Positions 35,646-48,855 of a stretch of 64,000 bases of DNA are shown here, in pieces (the stretch's first letter is position 1; each line of letters begins with the position of its first letter). Origin of the DNA: Squalus acanthias (Eukaryota). A program made the translations under genes and the position numbers. The stretch covers positions 99,140,001 through 99,204,000 of the forward strand of contig CM059432.1 of the NCBI GenBank assembly GCA_030390025.1. Reading direction: 5' to 3'. The notes beneath the pieces were generated by a model. The model ran no database searches. It had not been told where the DNA came from and saw only the letters and a list, made by a program, of their open reading frames with translations.

Positions 35646-37689
35646 AAAAACATTCAATAAAGGATGCTGACCTGCATCAAAATGGAAACAGCGAATTTTA
35701 GATTCAACAAACTTTTTGCGTGGAAGTGTGCCAATGCTAAATCCATAACTGGAGCTATCCGAGACAATTTTACTGACCTTTGCCTCCAAGGAACATCTAT
35801 TTCCTCAGGCACAAGGGTTGGGCTAACAGGGCAGAGAACAATTTTTCTGTGTCTTCACCCCTTTACGTTGCCTTGCAATGACTGGGACTTCCTGTGGGGG
35901 AGGAGGTAGAGGAGTGGAGCTTGGCCTGTGTCTGCAATGCTAGACAACCAGTGCTAGACAACCTTTGAAACCAAGCATAATCCTTCATCAATCAGAGGGT
36001 CTTCAAGGTCTCGGGCAGGCCAAAGACAGGAAAGTAAGATGAAACTTTAATTTTCTTCAACCCCTCACCCCAGAATGCTTGCAAGCAATGGGGGCTACTT
36101 GATATCAAGAACCAGAAGGTGCTGCTTTCCAGAGGCCTGCAGCTGCACTCAAATTTCCTCCTCCTTCTGCTAGCGCTTGGCACTGCTTGGGATGGGAGTT
36201 TTCTAGTCTGGCCCGTAGGTACTGCCAGGGCATGTTAATGGACCAGGATAGAAACTACTGGTACTTCTGTCCATTGTGGGGCAGGGGAGGGACAGGAAAA
36301 TTAGTCTATCTACTCTAATCGATTTGCCCTGCTCATTCCCCATATATTTTTATATTCTTCTTTTCCAAATACTTATCTAATTCCCTTTGAATGGAAAGTG
36401 CTCCTATTTAAAATAAAAATGGAAAGGTGACACCAGCCAGTATGTTAGAATTTTATGCTGCTTCTAATTTGTAGAACTGCTAACATGAATGTGCCAATGT
36501 TCTCACAGAGAACATCAGTTTCCCACACCATTACCTTCAAAGGCAATTGTAAATTGGCAAAGTGTGCTCATAAATTTACCTCAGTATTTTTGACAAATGA
36601 TGATGCAATTGGTAGCAGAGCAGTACCACAGACCAGAACACCCAGCATCACCACTTGCACTACATATTAGTCCACATACTGAAATATTGAGATCGATGGA
36701 TGTAGAGGAGCAGCAGGAAGCACAGCATATTGCAAAATATAGTGATAAGGAAGGGATGGAGGAGGTGACGGGTATTCAGGGACCAATAAGCACAAAACAG
36801 GGAGCCATTGTACTGGCATACTTAATCTTCCTGTATTTCAAAAGTGGCTGATTGATTAGACTGTGTGGAGAAGTCCCTTGACTCCGTCTCTCAAGTAGTG
36901 GGAAGGATGGATGGATTGTTGTCTGGTATGGAGTCTGCTTATATTAAGGCTCCAGCAACATTTATGTCTGCAGTAGCTATTGCAGAAGCCTGCAACGTGG
37001 AATCTATCAGTGAAGAGTTACTGACATACAGCAGGAAGGAAATCAGGAGTTTCCAAGATGCACACTCTACGGTTTTCTCCTGAACAAAGACCAACCAGCA
37101 GCAACCTGTGAGCATAGGAGCAGTCCAGCAACTGAGATGTCACTGTTTAGCTGGGGGACTGATGTCAGTTAGTTCTTTGCTGACACCAGGCCCGGCACAA
37201 GTGAAATCTTGTGATTTTCCTGTAAGTAGGCACACCACTGTGGCTGAAGTACAGGAGCCTCCTGGAACTGATGAAGAGGCACCAGGGATAGATACCACTC
37301 TAGTCGGTGGGAACTCTCAGTTTCAGAAACCGCAGTCTCCCCCAAACTTCTGGCCTCGTATAGCGAAGCATACAGATCAGGAAAAGCAGCACCATACCTA
37401 TGGTTTGTATAAGCGCGTGATCAGAGCTGGTGGTGAGTACACAAAGTCATATTGAGGAGGTAACACATATGTACTTAGGGGACAAATGCATTATAAACAT
37501 TTTAATACATAGAAACAAAAATCAATTTTAAAAAAAAAATCCCTTCAGGCTACATTCTGTAACTCCATTACAAAGAAAAAGTAATCAAAACGTATTATTT
37601 CAAAAGGGAAAACATGCAACTCTTTAAAAAAAAAATCACTAAACAAACTACTCAAGTACAATCAATTATGCGTTCACAGGGAAATTAAA

Positions 37690-38640
37690 GATTTTTCCCA
37701 GGAGAGTGTACCACCTGTTCCATTCCTGGCCTTCCTATTATGTGGGTATTTTGCTTTTACACATAAGAGCAATGTTGATTAATGCAGGATGATTTGGTTC
37801 ATACAAATGCCTTCCTATAGCAGATTGTATTCCATTAGGGCATGTTGCCTGCTAATTATACTTGTATTAATTTCCATCAAACATTCTTTGTAACATTTCT
37901 CTGTGTGACTGAAGCTTTTCCCCATGTATCTGTAACAGCAGACTCTTCTCTGGTGCCGCTATTTTATTCCTGCTTTACTTTTCTGCTCTTTTTGAGAAAA
38001 TTAAATTTCTTCTGGACTTCCTTCCAGGCCTTCACAGTAGTCAACCCTGAGTTCACATGATTAACATAGAATTTACAGCACCGAAACAGGTCATTCGACC
38101 CAACTAGTCCATAAGCATGGTGTTTATGCTCCACATAAGCCTCCTCCCACCTTACTTCATCTCACCCTATCCTTCTATTCCGTTCTCCCTCATGTTTTTA
38201 TCCAGCTTCTCCTTAAATATATCTATGCTATTTACCTCAACCACTCCACGGGGTAGTGAGTTCCATATTCTCACCAATCTCTGAGTAAAGACGTTTCTCT
38301 TGAATTCCTTATTGGATTTATTGTGACTATCTTATATTTATGGCCCCTAGTTTTGGACTGCCCCACAAGTGGAAACATCTTCTCTACATCTACCCTATCG
38401 AACCCCTTCATAATCTTAAAGTCCTTTATCAGGTCACCCCTCTGCCGTCTCTTTTCCAGAGTAAAGACCCCAACCCCTTCAGTCTTTCCTGATAGATCTG
38501 TGATGTATTGCTGCGTTTTTTGTAAATGGGGCGTGCTTGTGGTCTGCCTGCACTGCCAAAAATATCATCCTGTTTGTCCAGGATAGATTCCAGTAGGATG
38601 CCTGTGGCCTGGTCACTACAACTGTAAATTTGACAATGTG
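37690..38640 (-). mobile_element. Ancient Harbinger Myb fragment interrupted by CR1 (38065-38495, -)
   Basis: CSDQATGILLESILDKQDDIFG, then after the CR1 AWKEVQKKFNFLKK, then PHNRKARNGTGG. Confidence 0.6.
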
Positions 38641-39467
38641 CCATTATTAAAAATGTTGTACACTACACAGCTGAATGAATTACATTTTCATCAGTTATGC
38701 CAGTTAAGTGGCTTGTTACCTGCTTGAGATGTGTGAAAGAAGCATGATTACAGGTGTATCATGATTGGCTGGTTTTCTGTCATTCCCACTAATTAAATCA
38801 TGTTGCACGAAACCACTCAAGAAAAATGCTCTCTGATTGGTGGTCATGAAAATCTACAAAAAAGGGGTGAGGGAAAATTTACCGTAATGTACTGAAAATG
38901 ATGATTCAAAATATATCTCAGTCAAACCTCCTGGGATCAAATAACATTTTATCATTTATCAATATACGGAACAGTCTTTCATCACGTACCTGAAACCAGA
39001 AAAAAACTAGTAATAAAAAAGGCATCAATAACAAACAGCAAGCACTTTGTGACAATGTTAAGATAAAGAAACACTGAGGAGCACAAATGAATTATGCATT
39101 ATGGTGCAAACATTGAGGAAAATAATATAACTATTGATGGAGGTTTCAGATACTTTTAATATTTAGTTAATTATTGCCAATCATTTATACAATCCACTTT
39201 CCTAAGAGAAACTAGTAATTTTCAGAGACAGGAAAAATATTTTTTCTAATATACTTTTCTGTGCCAGCCTCGCCATGTTTCATGCTACTTTTCACCTTGA
39301 TGTTGATGCATTTTCAGCAGCAGTGCCCATGAGGAAATGCTCAAGACATCAATTTCTTCACGAAAGCTACAAAAGTTCTGTTAAAAGTGCTGAGTCAATT
39401 ATCTCTTTGTTTAATTGCAAAGAGCTCATGATTCACAGGGCTGACACAAGTCACGGATCAGGTTGAT

Positions 39468-39943
39468 AACTTAGCAAAATATATGAACTTCCAACAAAAG
39501 AGCCCTGAAAAGATGCCTTAGGCTCATTTCATCTGAATTAATTCATGTTTGAATTGTCATCAGCAAATGACAATTTCAGCCAAGTACAGCAGTCAACTGA
39601 CGTAAGGTTTATTACTCTTTCCTTTTCTCCTTCTCGGCTGAGAATGACAAATAGTGTCATTAGTGTTAGGCTTGTTTTTCTGGAAATCACATTCCGGTTT
39701 TGATTGGCTCCAACCAGTAGGTATACTATGGAGACATCCGAAAAGTTAAATTCAGTTCTGGAGACTGGTTGATGCTGGAAATGTGTCTGGATGGATTATC
39801 CTCTTTTTCAAATTTTTCCCCTCTATTAAAATTTGAGAGTTATTTTCAGCTCAGCCAGCTGGGTTTCTCTCTATTCAGATGAAGTGAGCCTAAGGCATCT
39901 TTTCAGTGGTCTTTCATGGGAAGTTCATAAATTTTGCTAAGTT
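39468..39943. repeat. 71-bp inverted repeat pair (64/71 identical) around a ~335-bp spacer
   Basis: Arms at 39468-39538 and 39873-39943. Confidence 0.9.
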
Positions 39944-39971
39944 CTGACGAAAGTTCATCGACCTGAAACGT

Positions 39972-41734
39972 GCGGGGGGTCAGCGGGCACGATCGGTGGC
40001 GGGTTGGGTGGGAAAATGTTTTTGGAAATGTGGGAAAATGGAACCCCGCTGTCAACCCGCCGCCATGCACCTTTCCCAAATGTCGGATCTGTCATCGCTA
40101 AGCAGACCTGACACGCAGCGGCGGGGGAGGCAATTCAAGTCATTATGACCCTGTTAACAGAGCATTAAGAACTATTTTCAGCTCACCTTCAGAGTTTACC
40201 AGGTTGCCCACGGGGTTTACGCTGCTCGGGGATCATGTCCGGTAAGCAGGGCAGGAGTTGAATGGCCATGGAATCATCTCATTACTTAACAGCTGCAAAT
40301 GTGCTATACAAGTTCCCATCTCACAGCTGTTTACTTTCCAAGCTCAGAAGCTGTTGCTTACTGCATTTGGAAGACAGATTGAGCTTTATGCAGGTTGCAA
40401 GTGTTTGGAGCAAACTCTCTATCCAGTGGTCACCTCATTGGAACAGCGTCTCTCACCATTGACAGATCGCTTCTGTCATCTCAACCTCACCTGCCATCTA
40501 TTCCATCAGCATCGGTGCCCTTGAAAAAATCTCACCCTGGTCCTCAGAATCCCACCACAATCAGCCCCAACACCAGCAGCACCAGGCACACCAGCAGCAC
40601 CAACAACACCAACCTTCTCCGCAATCAACTGATGCTGCACAGGACACAGGGCATCAGCACCCGACCACATTGCTGCCCGGGACGCGAGAGATGGCCTCAG
40701 CATGGCCAGATTTACTTCACTTGACGCTGCACACCCTGGCTGCCACCTGATGCGCCAGGTTGGCACCACCCCACACCAACACCATAAAGCATCCTACAAT
40801 GCCCAAGCCATTCATTTCACACTCATCAGTATTGCGGGGGGTACTGTTATGTCTCACCATTCACTGCAACTCAATAAACCATTTCCAAAGATGCACACAA
40901 ATCTGTCCAAGAACGCAAAGTGTTGAAAATAAAGATTTCAATGTTTGACAGCACATTAACAGAAACTTCACATGAACATTGACTAAAACACACAAGTGCC
41001 TACCCTTGTGTGTTGTTAGTTGGTATGATTGGACTAGGGTGAGTGTGAGGGGTGGCTAGTGAGATGGGGAAGTGATTAACGTAGATAGAAAGGGATGGGT
41101 GGAGGTGCAAGGTAAGTTGGTGTGAGTAAGGATGTGGAGGAGTAGGGTAGGGAAGGCAGAGTGATGGGGATGTGATGAGTGGCACAGGAGGATAAGGTTG
41201 AGTGTGGCTTTGCAGTAACGTTTCATGATCCACTGAGATCATTGAAAGGTTTGTGCCACTGCAGCCTGGTCCTCCTGACGACATCCCTGCTTTTGTCCTC
41301 CTGTGTAATGTGCAACCAGGCTGTGTTGATCTCCTGGGGAGGTCTCTTCCACCCTTGGAAGAGAAGAGAACCTCCCTGTGTGCTCTGAATCCCTCCATAA
41401 GCATATGGAGGGAGTCATGGGAGAGCCTGGGTGCAGCCGTGCACCTCTGTGCAGTGCTTGTCTGTGTTTGCAGCACCTCAATGCTGTAGAACACTGACAG
41501 CACAACTGTCAATCAATTTGCGCATGATCCCTTTAAGGAAACCAACTGATGACACGTCATCAAATGATGTCATGAGACCCGTTTCCTTCAATTGGCGGTA
41601 AATGTGCTGGGCGGGCTTAACAAGCCCAATCAGGGGAAAATCATTTTGGAAAGCGGGCTGGAGCCGGCAGCAAGTTGGGACCTGCCACCGACGTTGCCTG
41701 GCACGGACCCACTGAGGTTGGTAAAATTCAGCCC
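39972..41734 (-). mobile_element. Internally deleted Harbinger element D (left TIR lost)
   Basis: Right TIR GGGCTGAATTTT on -; frameshifted Myb exon 1 on - (AAPRLSHDSLHMLMEG..REVLF); transposase N- and C-terminal scraps on + at ~40510-40725. Confidence 0.8.
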
Positions 41735-41909
41735 ATCATGTTCACAGATTCACCTCACCACCTACTCCCAGATTCTCTAGATCAGAATATTGCTCCCACT
41801 GGTTATACTCCTTATTCAGAATTGACAGGTCCAATTTTGAATGCGCATGGAAAACTTCTCGAATGAACCATCTTTTTGCTTAAACAGGTTAACATCTGCT
41901 TTAAAGTAA

Positions 41910-43561
41910 TGTAAGGGGTTTTGTCTCTGGGACTGATGCGAGGTGAGGCTTTTGTTGCCTGTATTATTGTTTGCTCTGGTCTCCGGCCAGCCTTTGACAA
42001 TAAGCACATGTGAGTGGTTCGACCCACTCGCCCCTACGGTTCTGACACCTGGACTTAGATGCAAGGAGCAGTAATGCAGAGAAAAGACTCACATAGACCT
42101 GGTTGAATATCACAAAACGAATGTCTTTATTGCATGGCGTCTAAAATCATGAAATACATATCATAGGCACAGATCAAAGAGAGTACCAGTATACACACGT
42201 TCATAAAACTTGGTCTATGGAAATGGAGAACACACGGCACATCGTAAAAAGGGGAACACATTATACCTTAACCTTATTAAAAACCACCCTCCCTTAACAA
42301 TACCTAAACTACGTCTGGATTTGTAGGATCGGGAAACATGCTCACCACTCGGTTTACTTCGGAAATTTAAAATGAGGCTCTCGGCTCGCTCCGCTGTGGC
42401 ACCTGACTGTCACGTGGCTGTAAGAGTTTCTGCACCCCACTTGTTTACGCTCGCTGCTGCGAATGGGTCCACTTGGGGCGGCCCCCGGTAAAGTTCGTTG
42501 CGGGTGGCTCAGGCTACCTGCTCAAAGTGCCGGAGGGTAAGCCAGACTCCCTGATGTTATGAAGTGGTTCTTTGGACACAGACCGTCTTAGAATTCAAAG
42601 AAGAATCTTCCTGTATTACTTTCGGGCGCGGTCGGGGTTTACTGACCGCGGCGGCACGTGGAATTTCTTCTCGTCTTTCTTCTCGTCTTCTTCTTGATGA
42701 CTCGGGCCTCCGGGTCCGGCCACCGTTTACCGACACTCGGGATGGTGCACCCCGGTACCTGCCCTGTCGAGGTGACTCGTTCCGATCGAGCTCCACCCAA
42801 CACTTGCTCCGCTGAAGGAACCAGCGAGCGGGGAAGAGACCCACGAAGAGTCCGACGTCACGAGCAAAACCGTCAAGAGTCCAGAGCAGAGAATCAGGAG
42901 TCAGGCCAAGAGTCAAGAGACCAATGGACATTTGTCCGGTGTAGTTATACTGTTTGTCGACCTTATCTCCCGCTCAAATCTAAACGGTTATTCTTTGTGT
43001 AATTTTGGCGCCCAAGACTCCCAGCATGGGGCAATTATCTTCTTAACGGGTTTCGGTATCATCCGAAACTGGCCAACTATCCGTTAATGTCTTTACCATT
43101 GTTGAACCAGCCAGGGCGGGTCTGAATCGTCTCCTCGACTGGTTTTGGGGCCCCCCCGAATACTGGTTTAATCACCCGTCAATGTCTCTCTCATTGTAGA
43201 GCCGGGGGGGTATTTGTGTATTGATGTGTCTGGATGGGTTTTTGATGGCTTAGTTCAGCGATACTTAATGTGTGTGTAAAGCGATTCCAGCACTTATCTC
43301 ATTGCTCAGTTCAAAAATGCAAACGGGTTGCATCCTGTCTTTTCAATGTGTACCGAGTATGATCTCATATCGAATGTATATTCGACGCCATCTTGTCTGC
43401 CCACTGTGTTTCTGGAAGCTTCTGCCACGATGCGCGGTGGCCATTTTACAGGCTTCTGTGTCCTTTATTATCAGGACAGCATTCCGTTTAATAAAAATGA
43501 TCAATCGAATTATACTGTTTCTCTCGTCTTATTTGAATCGCGATAATTGCGAAACTCTACA
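41910..43561 (-). mobile_element. Long solo LTR (1652 bp)
   Basis: TGTA...TACA termini; 4-bp TSD GTAA (41906-41909, 43562-43565); AATAAA on - at 42126-42131; CpG-rich relative to flanks. Confidence 0.85.
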
Positions 43562-46128
43562 GTAACACTGGCTGGAATTTGGATTACCAATCAAAGAATT
43601 TTCCACTATGTTGCCTACAAGTGTATCCGAGAGCTCAAACTGATAGAAAAGCTTAACAGTTGTCCAATCAACACCTTCATTGTTGGTCTGCATTTGAGGG
43701 CTAACATGAAGCGCATGGAAATGAAGAAAAAAGTTTGATCCCTATATCACTTACCTTCCAGTTTGAGCTGCACCAAGTAAGAAGGCACTGTTCCGAGGCC
43801 ATGGGATCTCCCAGCAGGAATGAATGATAAATCAGATGGAATATCATCATTGGGTAATGATTATGTACCTGTCAGCAACTGGCCAAAGGTAATATTGGCA
43901 GTGGTAAGCAAAGAAGCCATCCAAACCCCATCCAACCTTTTGGTGCCAGGAGGCTTGCAGTGGGACATATAATTAAAACAGGGAGAAAAATAAGGGTATC
44001 TGCACATCATTAGAGGATAAATACCCTTATTGAAAATGTGTGTGTATTTCAAATATGTTCCAAATTCAAATACCAAGAAACCTTTATTCAAGTAGCCCTT
44101 TTAAATCACATACCTGGCTCCTGTCTTCCATATTTCTGAATTGCAGGTCGTGTGGAACGTCAAGAACCTGTCATTGCTGTTGCCTACTTAACAGGGACTG
44201 CATTTCAAAAGCAATCCTTTGGTTCTAAGCTTTTTCTTATTCCACACTTCCTTTATGGATCTTCAAATCCTTGTGAGTAGCCATTTGCTCCTATTAATTT
44301 TTGTACATATTTCATTTTGGACTTCCTTTATTTTTTCACCATTATTTTAATATCTTTATTCAATGGATTAACGACTATTAAAATAATGCACCAAATAATT
44401 TAATGGAAATGCCGTAAGAAATGTGCCACCAGAGGAAGATAATTGGCTGTTTATTCATATATTTTACTTTTTCCTCCAGTATTTTTAGAAGTTGGACATG
44501 TTTGTAGGAGTTTCTAAGAAAGACTGATATACATAAATACCACGTACACAGGCCGGAATTTTCACTACCAAAAGCGCTGGCAGCGGGGGGCCCTAGATTG
44601 CATGGGGAACCCAGAAGTTTGTCGGCTTTTTAACAAAGCCACTGCATTTGCATCTGACTTCCAGGTTTCCCGACCAATTAACACAAGCAGGCGTGATGAC
44701 GTCATGCATGGGTCCAATTCAGCTGAGGTATTTAAAGGATTACTGCAAAGATGACAGTTAAAGGTTTGTGGAGGTGGCAGAATGATTGCATGGAGAAAGA
44801 AATTGAGTCGCAGCGTACAAAAGCTGCCCCTCGCTTCAGTGATGCCTCCCTGGACCTCCTGCTGCAAGGTGTTCGGGCCTCAGGGAGGTTTTATTCCCTG
44901 TAGACGAGAGGAAGATGCCAGCCTCCATGACAAAGGTGAGAAGCAAGAGTGTGGTGTTATGGTCATGGCTACAGTGCAGGAAGAGATTTAATGACCATCA
45001 GGAAAGGTGAGTACAATGCCACATTCAACTACATCCTGATGTGCATGTCACCCCAACCCCCTCACTCTGCCTTCCCAAGCCTACTCCTGCACATCATTAT
45101 CACACCAACCTACCTTGCAGGTGCACGCATCCGTCACTGTCTATGCACTTACTTACATCCCCATGTGACCATCCACCACTGACACTCACCCTCATCTTAA
45201 TACAATGTCACGTCTCTCCCTCATAGTCACCCTCGACAGATGTTGCCCATCCATCTGTTCCACTCATTCCATGAATCTCACTCAAAGGTCTCTTATGTCC
45301 CTCCTTGCAGGAGAAGAGAGCACAGAACACCAGGGAGAGGCAGAGAACTATAGTTGGCCCTTCAGTCAGCACCACGCTGACAGCAGCGGAGGAGGCACTG
45401 GAGTTAAGTGGAGTTCGGCATTCATGGTGGTTGGAGATGGAGAGACGGAGGACCTCCCAGCTATCTGGTGACAGAATTAAATATTTCACAGCCACATGGC
45501 ATACAACAATCACTCATGCTGACTTGATGTCAGCAGCCAGTGAAATATGATCATGTGCATAATGTTCACTTAAAACAGTCTAACCATGACAGTTCTAATT
45601 CATGTCTTTACTCTCCTACAGGCCCATCAAGTGTCCTCTCTCACTGTCCAGCCAGATGAGGAAGAAGAGTCCTTAGAGAAGGTCACTAATTCTGAGGGTG
45701 CAACATCACAGGGCGCATGCACACCAAGCACAAGCGCAGATATACACACGTCGGTGGGACAATCAAGTCAGATAGTAGTGTCACCTGGTGTCTCACAGAT
45801 CACATGTGAGCAAGAGCAGATGGTGGAGACAGGGAAAGCAATGGAGAGTCCTCGTCAGAGGGAGCAAATCACTCCAAGCTCTGCACAGCTGGGCGCAGAT
45901 GCTGAACCTTGGGGGCCATCGACAAAGAGGATGATTCTGGAGGAGCAACAGAAAATGTGTGAGGTTCTTGCAGGATTTCCTGCCGCGATGTGCACACTTG
46001 CAGAGAGAATGGAGGAGTCCATCTCACGCATGACTGGCATGATGTCGCAGGCATTAGCTATGATATGTTCGTCCATGGAAAGGGTGGCCACCTGCATGGA
46101 GCATCAAACCTGGCACTCTAATGAGTGC

Positions 46129-47050
46129 TGTAAAATTTCCAAAATTTGCAGATCCCCAAAAAAATATCTAAAGGAAAAAAATAAGGACATTGGAACTTTA
46201 AAAGGAACATGTCTGGACATGTACGGCACGTGGATTGTCTGGGAATTCAAAGCCCAGCAAAGATTAACATTTGGACAATAGGCCCTGGGAGAAGGCCGCC
46301 CCACCCAAAACACAGAGCCCATAGGAATGCTAGGCCCAGCAAGGAACCCAAAGCATGAGAACAATGCAAGCTTCCATGGAACAACAGCGCAACAGGATGT
46401 AAGCCATTTGATTTGGTTTAGCATAGTTGAAGGCCCATCAAAATTTAACAAGACAATGAACAGGCCTCACCTGAAAACTCACTGCATTACGAAACCAGTT
46501 TTCGTGAGGAGTTTTGTTGGGGGGGTGGTGGGGGGGGCGCGAAAAAGGACTATATCTGCAGCAGGACCCAAGATTTCTTTCTCTTTTGACTCGCCGACCA
46601 TGCTGGAACAACTCTCCCTCTCAGCTCTGCCCAGAAGCCACATGGTAAAGGAAGACACTCGATGACCAGAATCACCATCGACTTACCTGGCTGGATTTCT
46701 TACTGTTAATACCCCTGTTTGGTGAGCATTATCCCTGATCTCCTGAAACCGAAACCTAGCTAGAAGTGGGATTTTTGGGAGGGATAAAGGTTTTTTTTTC
46801 TTGTATACTGTCATTTTCCCTCACCTGTAACCGTGTGTTCCCCAAACCTGTTTAAGTGTGAAGTGTGTTTAAGCTTGTTACCTTTTAATTTTAATAAAAG
46901 TTATAGTTCTTTCATCGGAACCTGTGGTCTACTGCATCTTTATTCACAACCCCTAAATAAGTCCAAGTTTTGAACCTGGGGCGTGGGAGCGATTCGAACC
47001 GCTCACTAAGTCAGGGGAAAGGCTGACCCCTACCACAACCACCCCCTACA
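46129..47050 (+). mobile_element. Solo LTR (922 bp) inside the Myb exon 3 of element E
   Basis: TGTA...TACA termini; TSD GTGC; AATAAA at 46893. Confidence 0.9.
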
Positions 47051-47236
47051 GTGCACGCCCTCATCAACAGCTTGCACATTCTGAATGCCACCTTAACTAG
47101 GTTGGATCAAAACCTAGCCTTGGCCGTTCATTGTCCCGCTGATGTGCAGCAAAGTGCTATCCAGCTCATTGCTAGCAGAGAAGTGCACGTGGGCCGTGAG
47201 AGGGATGATGGCGAAAGGGGACATAGAAGTGAGGAC

Positions 47237-47377
47237 CAATGCTCCCCGTAAATTCTTTTGGGTGCGTGGCCCATTTAAGGGGCTGCGAGACCCATTCACA
47301 GGTTCGGGCATGCGCGAACTTTAACATAGGAAAACCGGTCCCGGGTTGCGCGGCCGCGCAGCTTATCGGGAACGTTG
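47237..47377. mobile_element. 141-bp hAT-type MITE
   Basis: TIRs CAATGCTCCCCGTAA / CAACGTTCCCGATAA; 8-bp TSD GTGAGGAC/GTGGGGAC. Confidence 0.85.
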
Positions 47378-48699
47378 GTGGGGACTCTTCAAGTGCTTTC
47401 ACTTCTCACCCGTTGTCACCACCCTCCGCCCCAGTCAGTGCCCCACATGCTGCCTCATGTCCTGATGGCTGAGTCTGCCCCTGCACAGGTGTAGGTGGAG
47501 CAGTCTTTGGCGGGGCCCTCACGGGCTCCAAAACCCAGAGGACATTGGCCAAGAGCATCTGAGCTGTCAGAGCAGGGAAGTGAGCAGCCTGCCTCTACCT
47601 CTGCTGAAGCCACAGGGGTTGCATGACATAGAAGTGGTAGGAAGAGGAATATGAAATAATTCTGGTTGCACAAAGGTATTGCACATGGATGTGTTCGCCA
47701 ATGTTACAATGTCAAGTTTATGTTTAAATTTTGAGGCACATAAAATTATTTCTTTGCACCACTTTCCCATCTTGCCCATTTTTGCCTGCTGCCTGGCAAG
47801 TGGCCTTGTCACTTGCAATGAATGGTAAGACTGTGAGCAATAGGTGTCTGTGAAAGAAATGTTTTGGTCATTGTAGGACTGCTTTGTAGTTGTGAGTGTG
47901 TGGGTGGGGGGAAAGTGGGTTCAGCATCTGGGTGCCAGATGGGTGCACTGGTGCAACCTAACTAAATTGTGCCTTTGAGGCCATCCCAGGCATCCCACGC
48001 AGCAGTGTGCGGCGCTGCTGGTTCCATGTCCACAGCAAGTTCCTCCTCCTCCTCCTCCTCCAAAGAGGCTCTGCGCCTTGCTCCTCCTGCAGCTCCAATC
48101 CTCACTGCTGCGCTATCTTGTGCAGATTGCAGCATACCGTGATCATTCTGGAGACCCTGGCTGGTGCTTATTGAAGGGCTCCTCCAGATCTGTCCAGGCA
48201 TCTGAAGCGCATCTTCAACATCCCGATCACTTGCTCTATTACACATCTCATCATCATCTGGCTTTGAGTGTAGTGCTCTTTGGCCTCCTCAAGGGTGTCA
48301 TCAGCCACATCTTCAGTGGATACCCCTTGTCTCCAAGCAGCTAGATGATGAGTCTGGTCGGAGGTGTGAAGAGCTGAGGGAGAGTGGACTGGTGCAGGAT
48401 GAATGAATCGTGGCAGCTCCCTGGGATTCTGGCACACCCCTGCATGATGGTTTTTTTGTGGTTGCTCATTGATGGAGTGGAAGCCCTTGTGGTTCACAAA
48501 CACTCCTGGGTGATCTGGGGGTGCCTTGATCGCTACATGTGTGCAGTTAATGATGCCCTTGGCAGCTGGTCTTGTTCCAGCAGGCTACAAATGTCTGTCA
48601 TGACTTGACACGATACTCTGAGCCTCCTGAGGCACTGCTGTTCAGATATGTCCAGGAAACTGATACTCTGCCTATATACCCTGTGAGAAGTCGCTATTT

Positions 48700-48855
48700 T
48701 TACTTTTTTTGCTGGAAATTACAGCAGGCCGCATCTGTGTAGAGAGAACAAGCCAGCGACGACTCGAGTCTGGATGACTCTACGTAAGGTGGGGTTACAT
48801 GTAGCGTGACATGAACCCAAGATCCCGGTTGAGGCCGTCCTCATGGGTGCGGAGA
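48700..48855 (-). mobile_element. Penelope 3' fragment (second family)
   Basis: RTHEDGLNRDLGFMSRYM* resembles a PLE C-terminus; followed by degenerate pLTR (CACAGATGC...TTTCCAGC). Confidence 0.65.

Noticed and set aside
36400..37460. Old Harbinger Myb exon-3-like remnant
   Set aside because: Only compositional resemblance; no TIR or diagnostic motif found.
42557..43002. ORFs inside the long LTR as viral accessory genes
   Set aside because: No recognisable motif, and lengths are what GC-rich sequence gives by chance.
43755..43868. - strand exon with a strong GTAAGT donor
   Set aside because: Weak acceptor tract, unrecognisable peptide and no supported partner exons.
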